Source: a virus
Lineage: Duplodnaviria; Caudoviricetes
Length of the DNA stretch: 64,000 bases
Strand: one strand, 5' to 3'
Virus record (IMG/VR): IMGVR_UViG_3300032007_000075
Coordinates: 7,587-71,586 of that record
Under the pieces are notes generated by a model. That model made no database searches. It was not told the origin of the DNA and saw only the letters and a list, made by a program, of their open reading frames with translations. Positions within the stretch are counted from its first letter, which is position 1, and every line of letters starts with the position of its first letter. Position numbers and translations under genes: made by a program. Shown piece by piece: positions 1 to 10,122 of this stretch.

Positions 1-2
1 TA

Positions 3-767
3 TTGCATCATACTGCTCCACCAGAACATAATGACTTGCCATTCGACCTCACTGATGCGGGCGAGGCGGACGCGCCACTTCGGACAGCCGAACACGAGCG
101 ACAGCACCGTCAGGCGGATATCCCGTTCCTGCTTTGCGAGGGCAGCGATCATTGGGACAGGCACCTGATTTCCGCCCGCTGTCGCTTTGCTCCTATCAGC
201 AGAGCCAGTCCCCCTGATACGCTGCCGCGCCTCTACGAGTTGGTTCGCCGTCGCCGTGTATGCTTCCATCCAGTCGTTGATCCAGCGGTAGGTCTGCCAC
301 GTCATGCCGTCCATCAGTTCGCCCGGCGCAAAGTAGTCGCGCTTCCACAGCGGCCACCAGCGGCGCAGTCTCGTCGGGTAGGGCCACATCAGTTTCGGCA
401 TCGGCAGCGCACGGCCCTTGCCATCGGTCGCGTCGAGCCACGCCAGCTGCTCCATGAACGAATGCACCTGCCAGGTCTGCAACTCGAACGTCTCCTTGCC
501 GAGCGACGGGTGTCGGCAGACGAACGTCGTATTGCCGTAGCGGGCGTCGGTCTCGTCACCATCGTAAACGTACTGGCTGACGATTGTCACCCCACTGAAG
601 CGGAAGAACAGCCGCGTCTTGATTTCGGTCCAGTCGAAGGGGTGGAACCTCGACAGCGAGACCATCATCTGCGCACGGATCATCTCCTCCGCAATCATCT
701 CCAGTTCCCGCGTGGTACATTGCGCCCAGCCACGGGGCACTTTCAGGTCTAATGTTGTTGGTTTCAT
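3..767 (-). CDS. Hypothetical phage protein, runs off the left edge (structural region)
   Basis: Hand-translated from ATG at 767 (MKPTTLDLKVPRGWAQCTTRELEMIAEE...), open to the window edge; preceded by promoter motif 796-830. Not in the ORF track because it has no stop. Confidence 0.75.
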   Translation of the reverse strand, partial: MKPTTLDLKVPRGWAQCTTRELEMIAEEMIRAQMMVSLSRFHPFDWTEIKTRLFFRFSGVTIVSQYVYDGDETDARYGNTTFVCRHPSLGKETFELQTWQVHSFMEQLAWLDATDGKGRALPMPKLMWPYPTRLRRWWPLWKRDYFAPGELMDGMTWQTYRWINDWMEAYTATANQLVEARQRIRGTGSADRSKATAGGNQVPVPMIAALAKQERDIRLTVLSLVFGCPKWRVRLARISEVEWQVIMFWWSSMMQ

Positions 768-795
768 AAAAATATCGCCTTGATTTTGTTTATTG

Positions 796-830
796 CAAAG
801 GTAATGCGACGTTTCGGTCAAAATGGGACA
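796..830 (-). promoter_or_regulatory. Phage-type promoter TGTCCCA-N20-TACCTTTG
   Basis: Bacteroidetes -7 box plus an upstream TGTCCCA motif that recurs before structural genes. Confidence 0.65.
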
Positions 831-900
831 AAATTGACTGATAATCGTTAAATTTACAAAATATATCGGCTGGTTTCTTGCAAGTTACGGATATTCTCCT

Positions 901-1116
901 TATCTTTGCAGTGACAAAATTCCAAGTGCGGCACGAAAGATGAAGCCGCCGCAACGAGCGGCTATTTTTGTGCCCTATCATTAAGGGGAGAGTATAGACT
1001 CTCATAAATAAACGACTGCACCGCGTGGGGTAGCGGACAACGCCCCCAAAGGTATTCGCACTTGGAAGCCTTGTCAGCGCGTAGTGCAGTTTTTTAATGA
1101 CTAAAATTTCAAGTGT
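901..1116 (+). ncRNA. Promoter plus C4/CI-like structured antisense leader, copy 1
   Basis: TATCTTTG at 901; structured element 1011-1095; its segment CGCACTTGGAA (1057-1067) is complementary to TTCCAAGTGCG (920-930) and nearly so to TTTCAAGTGT (1107-1116) just before the ATG; homologous to 11526-11730. Confidence 0.7.
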
Positions 1117-1566
1117 ATGAACAAGAAAGAAAAAGAACAAAAACTCCATGAGTACGAAGAGAAGGTGCGCGGCCTGCTCGGCCACCTGCTCTACGGCTAC
1201 AAGTGCGAGTTCATGGGCGACCATCCCGTGATGCAGGTCGTCTATTTCGACTACAAAGTGTCGATCATTGTCCGTGCCGCCCTGCTGTCGGCCATCGAGC
1301 CGCTGCTCGACTGCGACTATGCCTTCGACCACGACGACGGCGAGCCGCTGATGGTGAAGAAGGAGTGGGACGATGATGACAACGAGATTGAGTCAGAGCG
1401 CCGCGAGACACCGCTCCTGGAGTGGGCTATCTCCAAACTCTACGACGTTGACCTCTCCGACAAGGTGCTGCGCTACACGGAGGCTGAACAGGACGAATGC
1501 GCCATCGGCACTCTCTGGGACAACCTGAAAGCCAGCGACGACCGGCATCTGTCGCAGAGACAATAA
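1117..1566 (+). CDS. Hypothetical acidic protein downstream of the C4-like leader
   Basis: 149-aa ORF with good start context. Confidence 0.8.
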   Translation: MNKKEKEQKLHEYEEKVRGLLGHLLYGYKCEFMGDHPVMQVVYFDYKVSIIVRAALLSAIEPLLDCDYAFDHDDGEPLMVKKEWDDDDNEIESERRETPLLEWAISKLYDVDLSDKVLRYTEAEQDECAIGTLWDNLKASDDRHLSQRQ

Positions 1567-1651
1567 TATATAAAGGTAAATAGGATGATTATCTCTCACC
1601 GCATCAGCCGCCGCAAGCGCAAACTTGAACTGATTAAAGAGGACTTGAAGA

Positions 1652-2893
1652 ATGAGATTAGTCTATAAGTTTTACATACCGCACACCGAGCAGATTGACT
1701 CCCTTTGCAGGGTGGCAAACAACCTATACAACCAGGCTCTGTATCTGTTCCGCCAGCGTCTCGATGCCGAAGGCACGTGGACGTGGTACAACGACATGGA
1801 CAAACTCATGAAGGAAGTTACCAACCTTGAAGGAACTTGCAATTACAAGCTGCTCAAATCGCAGTGTTCACAGCAGGTGCTACGGGTGCTCGACAAGAAC
1901 ATGAAGGCTTACTGCAAGTCCATTAAGGACTGGAAGAAACATCCCGAGAAATACAAGGGTATGCCGCAGATGCCGAACTACCGCAAGCGCGGCGGCATGT
2001 TCAACCTGTACTATACCAATCAGTCTGCCATCATCAGGGATGGAAAAATCAAGCTGTCAAAAGGCTTGTACGTCAGCATACCGCAGTGGGAGAAGTACGG
2101 TGATAGCATTATCAGGTTTAACCAGGTACGTCTCATCCCGAACAATCAGAACATCAAGGTTGAGATTGTCTACGAGAAGGAAGCCAAGAAAGCGGACGTT
2201 GACAAGAGCAAGTGCGCTGCCATCGACCTCGGACTTGACAACCTCGCCACAATGGTCACTGCCGAAGGCTGCGTCATCTTCAGCGGACGTTATCTCAAAT
2301 CCTATAACAACTATTTCAACAAGAACCTTGCACGCCTGCAGTCCGTCAAGGACGGGCAGGGTATGAAGCGAAGCACTAACAGAATCAAGCGTATGTACGA
2401 CAAGCGAGACCGCTACTTTGAGGACGTGTTCCACAAGGTCAGCCGCCAGATTGTTGACATGCTTGTAGAGAAGAAGATTGGCACGCTGGCTGTAGGCTAC
2501 AATGCCGGATGGAAACAGGAATCCGACATGGGCAAAAGGAACAACCAGAAGTTTGTCCAGATGCCTTTTGCGAGGCTGGCGGGCTATCTTCGCTACAAGT
2601 GCGAGATGGTGGGCATCGACTTTGTGGTGCATGAGGAAAGTTACACATCCAAGTGTGACGCGCTGGCTTTCGAGGACATTGGCAAGCATGAGAAATACGC
2701 TGGCAGACGGATAAGGCGCGGCCTGTTCCGCTCGTCAACAGGCAAACTCATCAATGCCGATCAGAATGGAGCTCTCAATATTATGAGAAAAGTAGTCGGC
2801 GATTCTTACGTCCGTAAGATAGTCGATAGCGGGCACTCGTTATGTCCTATACGATACCGCAACCCGTTCCAACGGATTGCAGGAAGTATGTAA
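1652..2893 (+). CDS. tnpB: IS200/IS605-family RNA-guided endonuclease TnpB
   Basis: N-terminal LCRVANNLYNQALY; RuvC-I AIDLGLDNLA, RuvC-II VHEESYTSK, RuvC-III INADQNGALNI; no complete Zn finger. Confidence 0.93.
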   Translation: MRLVYKFYIPHTEQIDSLCRVANNLYNQALYLFRQRLDAEGTWTWYNDMDKLMKEVTNLEGTCNYKLLKSQCSQQVLRVLDKNMKAYCKSIKDWKKHPEKYKGMPQMPNYRKRGGMFNLYYTNQSAIIRDGKIKLSKGLYVSIPQWEKYGDSIIRFNQVRLIPNNQNIKVEIVYEKEAKKADVDKSKCAAIDLGLDNLATMVTAEGCVIFSGRYLKSYNNYFNKNLARLQSVKDGQGMKRSTNRIKRMYDKRDRYFEDVFHKVSRQIVDMLVEKKIGTLAVGYNAGWKQESDMGKRNNQKFVQMPFARLAGYLRYKCEMVGIDFVVHEESYTSKCDALAFEDIGKHEKYAGRRIRRGLFRSSTGKLINADQNGALNIMRKVVGDSYVRKIVDSGHSLCPIRYRNPFQRIAGSM

Positions 2894-2934
2894 AAAGTTT
2901 AATAGAGTTTAATAACTTAAATACTTTTAATAAC
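1652..2934 (+). mobile_element. Non-autonomous tnpB-only (IS1341-like) element; right end and omegaRNA probably near 2750-2934
   Basis: No tnpA nearby; hairpins TCTTACG-TC-CGTAAGA and GCAACCCGTT-CC-AACGGATTGC near the 3' end of the gene; AT-rich tail ending TTTAATAAC. Ends not precisely defined. Confidence 0.55.
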
Positions 2935-3033
2935 GTCGCCTTGATGTCTATCTTTGTTGGTAGAAAATCGCGATTAAGCGAGAGCAGACGAAAGCCGCGC
3001 TTTCAGTATGCCGAGCGAAAGCTATTTCGACGG

Positions 3034-6000
3034 TCAGTCGCTATATCGCTTCATGAACTGGTCGGCCTGTTTGATCTTCTTGTGGAGCCCGTTCTCACCG
3101 TACATGTTGATGTTCGGCGCCACGGGGTTCTGCAGCAGGTGGGTCATGCCCTGCATCAGCGGCAGCATCTGCTGCATCGTCTGCATGAGCAACTGGTCGC
3201 GCTCGCTCTGTCCGTTGTCGGTGGTTGAGCTCGTCGAAGCATCGTCGGCGGGACGGATGGCCGAGGCGAGGTCACTCAGATTACCTTCATCAAATGCTCT
3301 CACCTTCCGAGTGGTGATGCCACGGTCTATCATGGCTAAGTCTCTGAGCAAATCAGGTCGGTTCATCTGAATGGCTCTTGTTGTCTTGCGCCCGATGACG
3401 ATTTCGGGGCCGCGCTCACCGACGAGCGCCGCCTGACCGTTTACCCGCGTCGCAATCGGCTCCGTCACCATCGACACGCCACTCGGCAGACTGCGCTGCT
3501 CACGAGCCCGATACACGCGGCCATCATCGCCGACGACCGTCTGCACGTTTCCTTCGTCATAAGTCAACATACCGCTCTTGAGTTTCACCTTCGTCTTGGC
3601 GGCGTTCTCATTGCCACCCGACTTCGAGCCACCACCGAGGGCCGAGAGGGCTGCGGAGAGGAGTCCCATCAGCAGGGCGGTGAACACGGCGATGAGCGGT
3701 GCGCCGAACGGGCCGAGCGTACCGAGCACCTTGGCGGCCATCTCTGCGATACCTGCCATCACGGTGCCTTGAGCCTTCGTGCCCTCCTGAGTCATCTCCT
3801 GCGTATCCTGCGTCTGCTTCGTGGCGAGCACCTGCTGACCCATCGTCTGGGTGATGCCGGCGATACCCTGTTCTACGACGCTCGTCATATTGAGTCGCTC
3901 CTTTCCGCTCTCCTCGTCGGTGTCGGTCATCTCGCCTTGGGTGGCCTTCTCCTCCTTCACCATCGCCTTGCCGATGAGCTTCTGTTTCAACTTCTGCATC
4001 ATCAGGTCCTTGATGATCGAGATGGTCGATTCGCCCCACGACTTTACGAGGCTCTTCAGCGCGTTCTGCATACCCTCGGCCATATTCTCACTCTCGAAGA
4101 GCGCCTTGCCCATCGCGTCGCCCACGTCGGCCCCGAACTGCTCGATGGGCTGCGTCCACTGCTCCAGCTTGGAGATGTGCTCGTTGATATGGTTCATCAG
4201 GGATTCCTGCATCGCCATCTCCGCCTCGTCAATCGCCAGCTGCCGCTCTGCCAGTTCTTCATTGAATGCCAGCAACTCGGCGCCTTCGAGTTTCTTTTGC
4301 TCATTGACCATCTTGAACATTTCAAGTTCCTCCTGCAGCTGGGCCATACGAAGCATGGATGCCTGCACTTCGGGGTCTGTCTCGATGTTCAGGAATCCAG
4401 CTCGCTCGCCGAAGTTTGTGCCTTGGTCGGCACCCGTCATCTTCTGCCGACGGCCTTCGAGGCTTATCTGACTGCTTGCATCGGCATACTCCTGTCCCTT
4501 GCCGCTGGTGTCCCACCGCTGCTGGAAGTTCTCGTTCATCTTCTGGCGGTAGTTCTTCACGGAATCGAAATACTGCTTATCGAAGTCGATGAGCGAGAGA
4601 TAGAACGCCTGAATGTCGGCCTTGTAGGTCTCGGAGTCCTTCAGCCACTTGTTGAACTCGTCCTTGAACGCCTCGGCCCAGCCGCTGAACTGGAACTCGA
4701 AGCCGTTGGCACCCATACCAGCCTGAGCACCCGTAAAGTCCATAAGCCATTTGTTCAAGTCGGCAGTGTTCTCGTAGTTGACGGTGTAGTTCTGCTGTGC
4801 CGACTGCGTGAGGAACTGTTGTCCTGCCTGTCGGCGGGCGTTGCTGCGCTCCTGGGTGAGTTGTGCCTCACTCTTGCCACCGGCCTTCAGCGAACCTGTG
4901 GCCTGACGGATGCGGTCGGCAGCCTGCTCGGCGGTCTCTGTCAGCAGTCCAAGTTGCGTCAGTCGGTCTTCGTAAGCCTTGGCAGCCTGCTCGAAGTAGT
5001 TGAACTGCAACAGCGCCTTTTCCACCTCCTTGGCGGTCTTGTTGCGCAGTTCCTGCACCTTGCGGCGGTTGCCTGCGGCATTCTTGTCGAGTCCGTCCTT
5101 GAGCGACGAGGTGGTGATGCCGTACTGCCAACCTTCTTTATCTATACGCGAGAGGTTCTGACGGATGGAGGCCATCGACACGTCCATCATCTGTTGGAAG
5201 AGTTCCTGCGACCACTCGCCCGTGTCGAACATCAGCAGCTGGATGTTCTGCTTGGTCTTTTCCCATGTCTGGGTGTCGCGTCCGCTGATGGCGAGGCGGG
5301 CATTGGCCAAAGCCTCGTTCTTGGCCATTTCGAGTTGCTGGTTCATCTGGTTGGCCTGCTCCTGCGTCCACTTCCCGTCGGCGGCGAATCCCGTCACCAC
5401 CGTTTCCTGCAGCCTGTACCACTCCTCAATCTTCGCGATGATGGCATCCGACTCCTGCTTCGCGTCCTGCAAGTCCTTGCGTATCGCCTGCTTGTGCTCC
5501 GCCTGGGCCTTCTTGGCAGCTTTCTCGGCATCCTTATCGGGTTTGAGGTTGTCGAGTTGGCCTTTGCGCTTTAACTGACCTTTGAGGGCTTCCTCCTGGA
5601 ACTTCTCCATGTCGAAGTCGCCGACCTCGTTCTTGTAGAGTTCGTCCACTTCGCGGTTCAGCCGGTTCTCGGTGTTGCGCGACGTACTATATTCGCGGAT
5701 GTTCTTACGCAGACGTTCGAGTACCGTGGCCTCGATTAGATTACCCGCCTTGTCGTAATAGGCATTACCCTTTGCTCCACGACCAAAGTCCATCGTCTTG
5801 ACCGAGCCGCCAGCAGAGCGCACCACGGAGGCCATAATGTCTTCTACGGGGAGATTGTGCCTCTGACGCAGCCATTCGGCATCGACGTTCGATCCGAGGG
5901 CCTTGGCGGTCTGACCGAACTGCATACCGGCACGCATACGGTCAATCTTGTTATTCTGATTCACCTCGTCGCGGTACTGCTCACGCTCCTCGTAGGCTTT

Positions 6001-8823
6001 CTTCTGCTTCAGCACCTTCACAACCATCGCGTAGGCTTTGGCGAGGTCGATAGCACCGTCGATTTCGATGCCGAGATAGTCGAGGTACTGCTGATAGTCA
6101 CTCTTCAGCAGGTCTTTCAGCAGTTGGTTACGCTTTTCGAGCGAATAGTTGCTGTCGTCGAGTGCCCGCTTGTAGGACTCCAACGGAGCGGCCACGGTGT
6201 CGATGGCCTCCTTCGACTTGGCGAGTTGCATATCCAGTTCGGCCTGTCGCTTCTGTGCCTTCTCGGCGGCTTCGGCGGCGGCATTCATGTGATCTATATA
6301 TAAGGATATGCCGCCGACCACGGCTGCAATACCTGCCAACACCCAGTTCGAGTTCATCACGGCTTGCAGGGTAGCGGTGGCGGTAGTGGCCGCACGGATA
6401 GACACTATCAAGGCGGCGAACGAATTGACCATCATGCGGATGCCACCGAAGATACCGAACCACGTGAGCATCTTTATCAGGAACGGCAGCATCTTAATGA
6501 GCGTGATGACTGCAGACGTGATACCCTCGATGCCGTTGTGGAAGGCTTTCATCGAACCGTCGCTCTGTGTGAGCGCCTTGCTGACCTCGTACCACTGCTC
6601 GGCGAGTTGCTTCACCATATCCACACCTTCTGGGTTGGTGAATGCCTTGGCCCAAAGATTTTGGGCACGCTCCATGAGGGCATTGGCGGTCTCGTTCTGG
6701 ATCATATACTCGTTGATGACTGCCGTACCGTCCTTGAATGACTTGGTAGATGTTTCGAGGTGTTTCTTCAGGATATCCACGCGGTCGGCCATTGTGGTCA
6801 TCACGGCCACCAGACGGGCACCGTCGGAACCGAGGTCTTTGAAGATGCCGTCGAGGGCGTTCATATTCCCCCTCTTGTTCATCGCCTCGAAGATGTCAAC
6901 AATACTCTTGATGGTCTGCCCTTTGGCGAAGTTTTCATTGATAGAACCCTGCGCCAGTCCGAGCGACTTCTCAATCATATTGTGACCTTTCTGGATAGAT
7001 GTGAAAAGTTTGTTGAAGGCCGTTGCAGCCACTTCGGGCATCAGTCCCATTGCGTCTGCAGCAGAGCCGATGGCCAGCAGTTCGTCAGCCGTGACACGCG
7101 ACACGTTGGCCAAACCCATGAGTCGTTTTGAGAACTCCACGATGTTCTTACCTGTGGCTGTAGAGGTGGTCGAAAGCATGAAGATAGCACTGGCGGCTTT
7201 CTGCATAGATTGCTCTACGCCATACTTATCCATCAGTCCCATGACCTCAGTCAGCTTGGCCAGTGCGGGCAGCGCCTCTTCGCCCAGGTCTTCGCCAAGG
7301 CTCATTTGAACCATTTCCGCCGAGCGCACAAATCCAGTCAGGGCTTCCACGCCGCCATGTTCCTGCACACCAAGTTTGGCACCAGCGTAAGCCAATTTGT
7401 TGAGTGTCTCGATAGAATTACGGGTATCAATCTTTGTGATATTTGTATAGAGTTTGTTAATCTCCTGGGACGTCAAACCGCTGACTTTTCTGATATCGGC
7501 CAAACTGTCGCTCAATTTGAGATTGGACTTATAGACCTCCATCACTTTCGACTTGATCATGTTGAAGGCACCGAACACACCGACGTAGGCGGCGATATTC
7601 TTGATGGCTGTGCCGAAAGTGCCGCCCTGCTGCTGGATAGCACCCGTATTACGACGGATCTGGGCTTCGACGGCCTTCATGTCCTGTTTCAGTTTCTGGG
7701 CGGTGGCACTCTGCGTGGAGTTCAGGCTTTGCAGTTTCTGTTGCAACTGTGTGAGTGCGTTTTGTAGTTGCGCATTAGTGGCGGTTTTCAAGAACTGCTT
7801 GTCAATCTTGATTTCGGCCTGCATGGCGGCAGTTACCTTGTCGATACGGTTTTTCAGGAGTGCCATCTGCTGAGCGGCGGCACGCGCCTTGGCATCGTTG
7901 GTACCGGCGAACTGCTGCTGGCGGGCTTGCAAGGTTCTGTAAGCGGCCTGCAACTTCTCCAACTCGACGGCCTGACCGCGATACACGGCACGGACGGTGC
8001 CCGCAGCTTCCTGCGTGGCTTGCAGTTGCTTGGCGGCTTGGTCGGCCTTTTTCTCGTTGTCGGTCAGCAGTTTCAGTTGCTCGTTGACGGCTTTCAGTCT
8101 TTGCTCGTAACCAGCCGCTTTACCCTCGTAACCCTTCACACCACTGGTGGCTGCGAGTGCCGACATCAGGGCGGTACGCTCTGCGCCAAGTTGCTGGGCG
8201 TTCATCTTCGCCACGGGCATTGCTCCAGTCGGAGCGGTGCGCACGGCCATTGCAGCCTGATATTGTGCCTGCATCTGTTCTAATGACCGACGCCACTTGT
8301 TGCCGATGTTCGGATTGTCGAGCTGTGCTTTGATGGCAGCAAGTCCCTGCTTCAGCTTATCCATCGACGTGTTGTCGAGGTTCTTCAACTGCGTCTGAGC
8401 CTGACGGAACGACATCGTAAGGCCGCTGGTGCCAGAAATCTGATCTTTGATGCGCTTGATATCATCTATCAACTTCTGACGGCCAGGCGATTTCTCGCTC
8501 ATCTTGCCAAGTGCAGTAGTGGCCTCACGAAGAGCCGTTTTCAAGTCCTTCAACTTCGAGCCTGACAGATCTTTCAGCACTTGTCCGTACTTCACCATCG
8601 ACTGCTGGTTGTGGATGATGGCCGAGTCGATAGCCGTGGCCTGTTTGGTAAGGTCGCGGAAGTCCTTCTTCATCTGCTCCGTCCAGCCGCTCTTCTCACC
8701 CTTTGCGTTCAGGTCTTTCAGCTTCTGCTTGACGTCTGCCAGCTGTCGGTTCAGGTATTCAAACACGTCCTTCACCGCCTTGGCGTTACAGGTAATGACG
8801 AGTTCAGATTTTCTTGTTGCCAT
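3034..8823 (-). CDS. Phage tail tape measure protein
   Basis: 1929 aa, helical Ala/Gln/Lys-rich; TP901-like core (LADIRKVSGLT...ETLNKLAYAGAKLG); hydrophobic segments; located in the tail module. Confidence 0.92.
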   Translation of the reverse strand: MATRKSELVITCNAKAVKDVFEYLNRQLADVKQKLKDLNAKGEKSGWTEQMKKDFRDLTKQATAIDSAIIHNQQSMVKYGQVLKDLSGSKLKDLKTALREATTALGKMSEKSPGRQKLIDDIKRIKDQISGTSGLTMSFRQAQTQLKNLDNTSMDKLKQGLAAIKAQLDNPNIGNKWRRSLEQMQAQYQAAMAVRTAPTGAMPVAKMNAQQLGAERTALMSALAATSGVKGYEGKAAGYEQRLKAVNEQLKLLTDNEKKADQAAKQLQATQEAAGTVRAVYRGQAVELEKLQAAYRTLQARQQQFAGTNDAKARAAAQQMALLKNRIDKVTAAMQAEIKIDKQFLKTATNAQLQNALTQLQQKLQSLNSTQSATAQKLKQDMKAVEAQIRRNTGAIQQQGGTFGTAIKNIAAYVGVFGAFNMIKSKVMEVYKSNLKLSDSLADIRKVSGLTSQEINKLYTNITKIDTRNSIETLNKLAYAGAKLGVQEHGGVEALTGFVRSAEMVQMSLGEDLGEEALPALAKLTEVMGLMDKYGVEQSMQKAASAIFMLSTTSTATGKNIVEFSKRLMGLANVSRVTADELLAIGSAADAMGLMPEVAATAFNKLFTSIQKGHNMIEKSLGLAQGSINENFAKGQTIKSIVDIFEAMNKRGNMNALDGIFKDLGSDGARLVAVMTTMADRVDILKKHLETSTKSFKDGTAVINEYMIQNETANALMERAQNLWAKAFTNPEGVDMVKQLAEQWYEVSKALTQSDGSMKAFHNGIEGITSAVITLIKMLPFLIKMLTWFGIFGGIRMMVNSFAALIVSIRAATTATATLQAVMNSNWVLAGIAAVVGGISLYIDHMNAAAEAAEKAQKRQAELDMQLAKSKEAIDTVAAPLESYKRALDDSNYSLEKRNQLLKDLLKSDYQQYLDYLGIEIDGAIDLAKAYAMVVKVLKQKKAYEEREQYRDEVNQNNKIDRMRAGMQFGQTAKALGSNVDAEWLRQRHNLPVEDIMASVVRSAGGSVKTMDFGRGAKGNAYYDKAGNLIEATVLERLRKNIREYSTSRNTENRLNREVDELYKNEVGDFDMEKFQEEALKGQLKRKGQLDNLKPDKDAEKAAKKAQAEHKQAIRKDLQDAKQESDAIIAKIEEWYRLQETVVTGFAADGKWTQEQANQMNQQLEMAKNEALANARLAISGRDTQTWEKTKQNIQLLMFDTGEWSQELFQQMMDVSMASIRQNLSRIDKEGWQYGITTSSLKDGLDKNAAGNRRKVQELRNKTAKEVEKALLQFNYFEQAAKAYEDRLTQLGLLTETAEQAADRIRQATGSLKAGGKSEAQLTQERSNARRQAGQQFLTQSAQQNYTVNYENTADLNKWLMDFTGAQAGMGANGFEFQFSGWAEAFKDEFNKWLKDSETYKADIQAFYLSLIDFDKQYFDSVKNYRQKMNENFQQRWDTSGKGQEYADASSQISLEGRRQKMTGADQGTNFGERAGFLNIETDPEVQASMLRMAQLQEELEMFKMVNEQKKLEGAELLAFNEELAERQLAIDEAEMAMQESLMNHINEHISKLEQWTQPIEQFGADVGDAMGKALFESENMAEGMQNALKSLVKSWGESTISIIKDLMMQKLKQKLIGKAMVKEEKATQGEMTDTDEESGKERLNMTSVVEQGIAGITQTMGQQVLATKQTQDTQEMTQEGTKAQGTVMAGIAEMAAKVLGTLGPFGAPLIAVFTALLMGLLSAALSALGGGSKSGGNENAAKTKVKLKSGMLTYDEGNVQTVVGDDGRVYRAREQRSLPSGVSMVTEPIATRVNGQAALVGERGPEIVIGRKTTRAIQMNRPDLLRDLAMIDRGITTRKVRAFDEGNLSDLASAIRPADDASTSSTTDNGQSERDQLLMQTMQQMLPLMQGMTHLLQNPVAPNINMYGENGLHKKIKQADQFMKRYSD

Positions 8824-8851
8824 AGTCTATGTCGTTTTTGTGTTGTCGATG

Positions 8852-9394
8852 TTATACAATAGAAAGGTTCAGTTGCTGTCCCTCGAAGGTTTCAAGCACT
8901 TGGAAATCCAGCTTGGCATCGTAGAACCGCTGGACGTAATTTTCGAGACGCGTCAGCGTATGGTTGATTTCAGGACGTATGCCAGGACGGTGGCTGGCTC
9001 CCTTCGACGGTGCCCAGAGCGTGTAGCGGCTCTTGTAGCGGACGTTCTTTCCACGTTCAACATCCTCGGCGTGACGGCCTGCACCCACACCGATGTCAAC
9101 GTACTGCATGTAGTCGTTGAACTTGAAGCCCATCGTAACCATGCCCGTCTTTTCGTTGGCCTCGTACACCGTACCCTCGAACGACTTGATGCCCTCGCCC
9201 TTTGAGTACCAGCCACCATGCTGACGGCGATACTCGTTCACTTCAGGATAGGCCGAATAGGGTGCGTATGGAAACACCCTCTGCGTCATCATATTGATTT
9301 CGAGCTGCGATAGCGTCTGCTCCTTGAACAGGTTGGCGATATACCGCAATGGGTAAAGTGCCTTCCAGTCGCGTTTGCTGATTCCTTGTGCCAT
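8852..9394 (-). CDS. Putative neck/tail-completion protein
   Basis: 180-aa ORF directly upstream of the tape measure gene; function from position only. Confidence 0.55.
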   Translation of the reverse strand: MAQGISKRDWKALYPLRYIANLFKEQTLSQLEINMMTQRVFPYAPYSAYPEVNEYRRQHGGWYSKGEGIKSFEGTVYEANEKTGMVTMGFKFNDYMQYVDIGVGAGRHAEDVERGKNVRYKSRYTLWAPSKGASHRPGIRPEINHTLTRLENYVQRFYDAKLDFQVLETFEGQQLNLSIV

Positions 9395-9397
9395 AGC

Positions 9398-9988
9398 TTA
9401 GATATATTTGTTTGTGTGGATGCAGAGCAGGCAGGGTTGGAGCTGCTCGATGGTGATGCCGCAGAGCTGCCATCCGGTGATGAGCGGTGGGATGGTGCCC
9501 CACGACACGGTGTCGAGTTTCATGCCGCGCCAGGACTGGCGCTCGTCCTTGGTGATGGGGAAGAAGTGCTCGGCTCCGCTCAGGCCCGTGACGGTCAGTC
9601 CGTTCTTGCCATTGTTGGCGGCGGTCTGCATCTCGCGAAGGAAGGCAATCAGGTCCTGCACCATCTCGTCGGTGTCGTAGCGTGCGTCGGTGGCAGCGAG
9701 CTCGTCGGTCACGTCGGTCTTCTGCGGGTCGTTCTCCTGCTTCTTGAGGAAGTAGATGACGTGGCGGTAGGTGATGAACTTGGAGTTCTTCTCCGACTCG
9801 GCATCCACGTGGGTGGCAAAGGCCATGCAGGGCGACGGCTGGGTGGCGTGGTTGCGGATGAAGTACGACTGTCCGTCAATCATCGAGATGCGGAAGAACG
9901 TCTTGTGCTTCGCCTTAGCGGCGGGGTCGTGCTTCAGCGGCTCATAGACCTCCGCCCATTTTTCTAATACGTTGTCAAGTCTAAACAT
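9398..9988 (-). CDS. Putative tail-completion/terminator-type structural protein
   Basis: 196-aa ORF with its own promoter motif at 10015-10049; function from position only. Confidence 0.55.
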   Translation of the reverse strand: MFRLDNVLEKWAEVYEPLKHDPAAKAKHKTFFRISMIDGQSYFIRNHATQPSPCMAFATHVDAESEKNSKFITYRHVIYFLKKQENDPQKTDVTDELAATDARYDTDEMVQDLIAFLREMQTAANNGKNGLTVTGLSGAEHFFPITKDERQSWRGMKLDTVSWGTIPPLITGWQLCGITIEQLQPCLLCIHTNKYI

Positions 9989-10014
9989 ATCTGTGTCGTT
10001 TTTGATTTCTATGC

Positions 10015-10049
10015 CAAAGATACAGCCGCGCCGCTGGCGAAATGGGACA
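10015..10049 (-). promoter_or_regulatory. Phage-type promoter TGTCCCA-N20-TATCTTTG
   Basis: Exact motif and spacing. Confidence 0.65.
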
Positions 10050-10065
10050 AAGCGGTTTCCAGAGC

Positions 10066-10100
10066 AAAAAAAAGACCGCCACGACGGGCGGTCTCTCCTT
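10066..10100. terminator. Intrinsic terminator downstream of the endonuclease gene
   Basis: AAAAAAAGACCGCC-ACGAC-GGGCGGTCTCTCCTTTT hairpin with A/T tracts. Confidence 0.7.
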
Positions 10101-10122
10101 TTTATATATTATATAGGGAATC

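Noticed and set aside
3-752. Plus-strand 249-aa track ORF
   Set aside because: The minus-strand frame from 767 has a promoter, a good start and protein-like composition; the plus ORF is its shadow.
773-784. Partial match of the putative TnpB guide (TCGCCTTGAT) upstream of the 767 gene
   Set aside because: Only about 10 nt, and ATATCGCCT also recurs at other start regions (18412, 60447), so it is not evidence of self-targeting.
3769-8283. Long plus-strand ORFs antisense to the tape measure gene (e.g. 3769-5574), and similar ones opposite the portal, capsid and 61633 gene (12375-13547, 61831-63420)
   Set aside because: Shadow ORFs produced by GC-rich codon bias on the opposite strand; no protein-like motifs.
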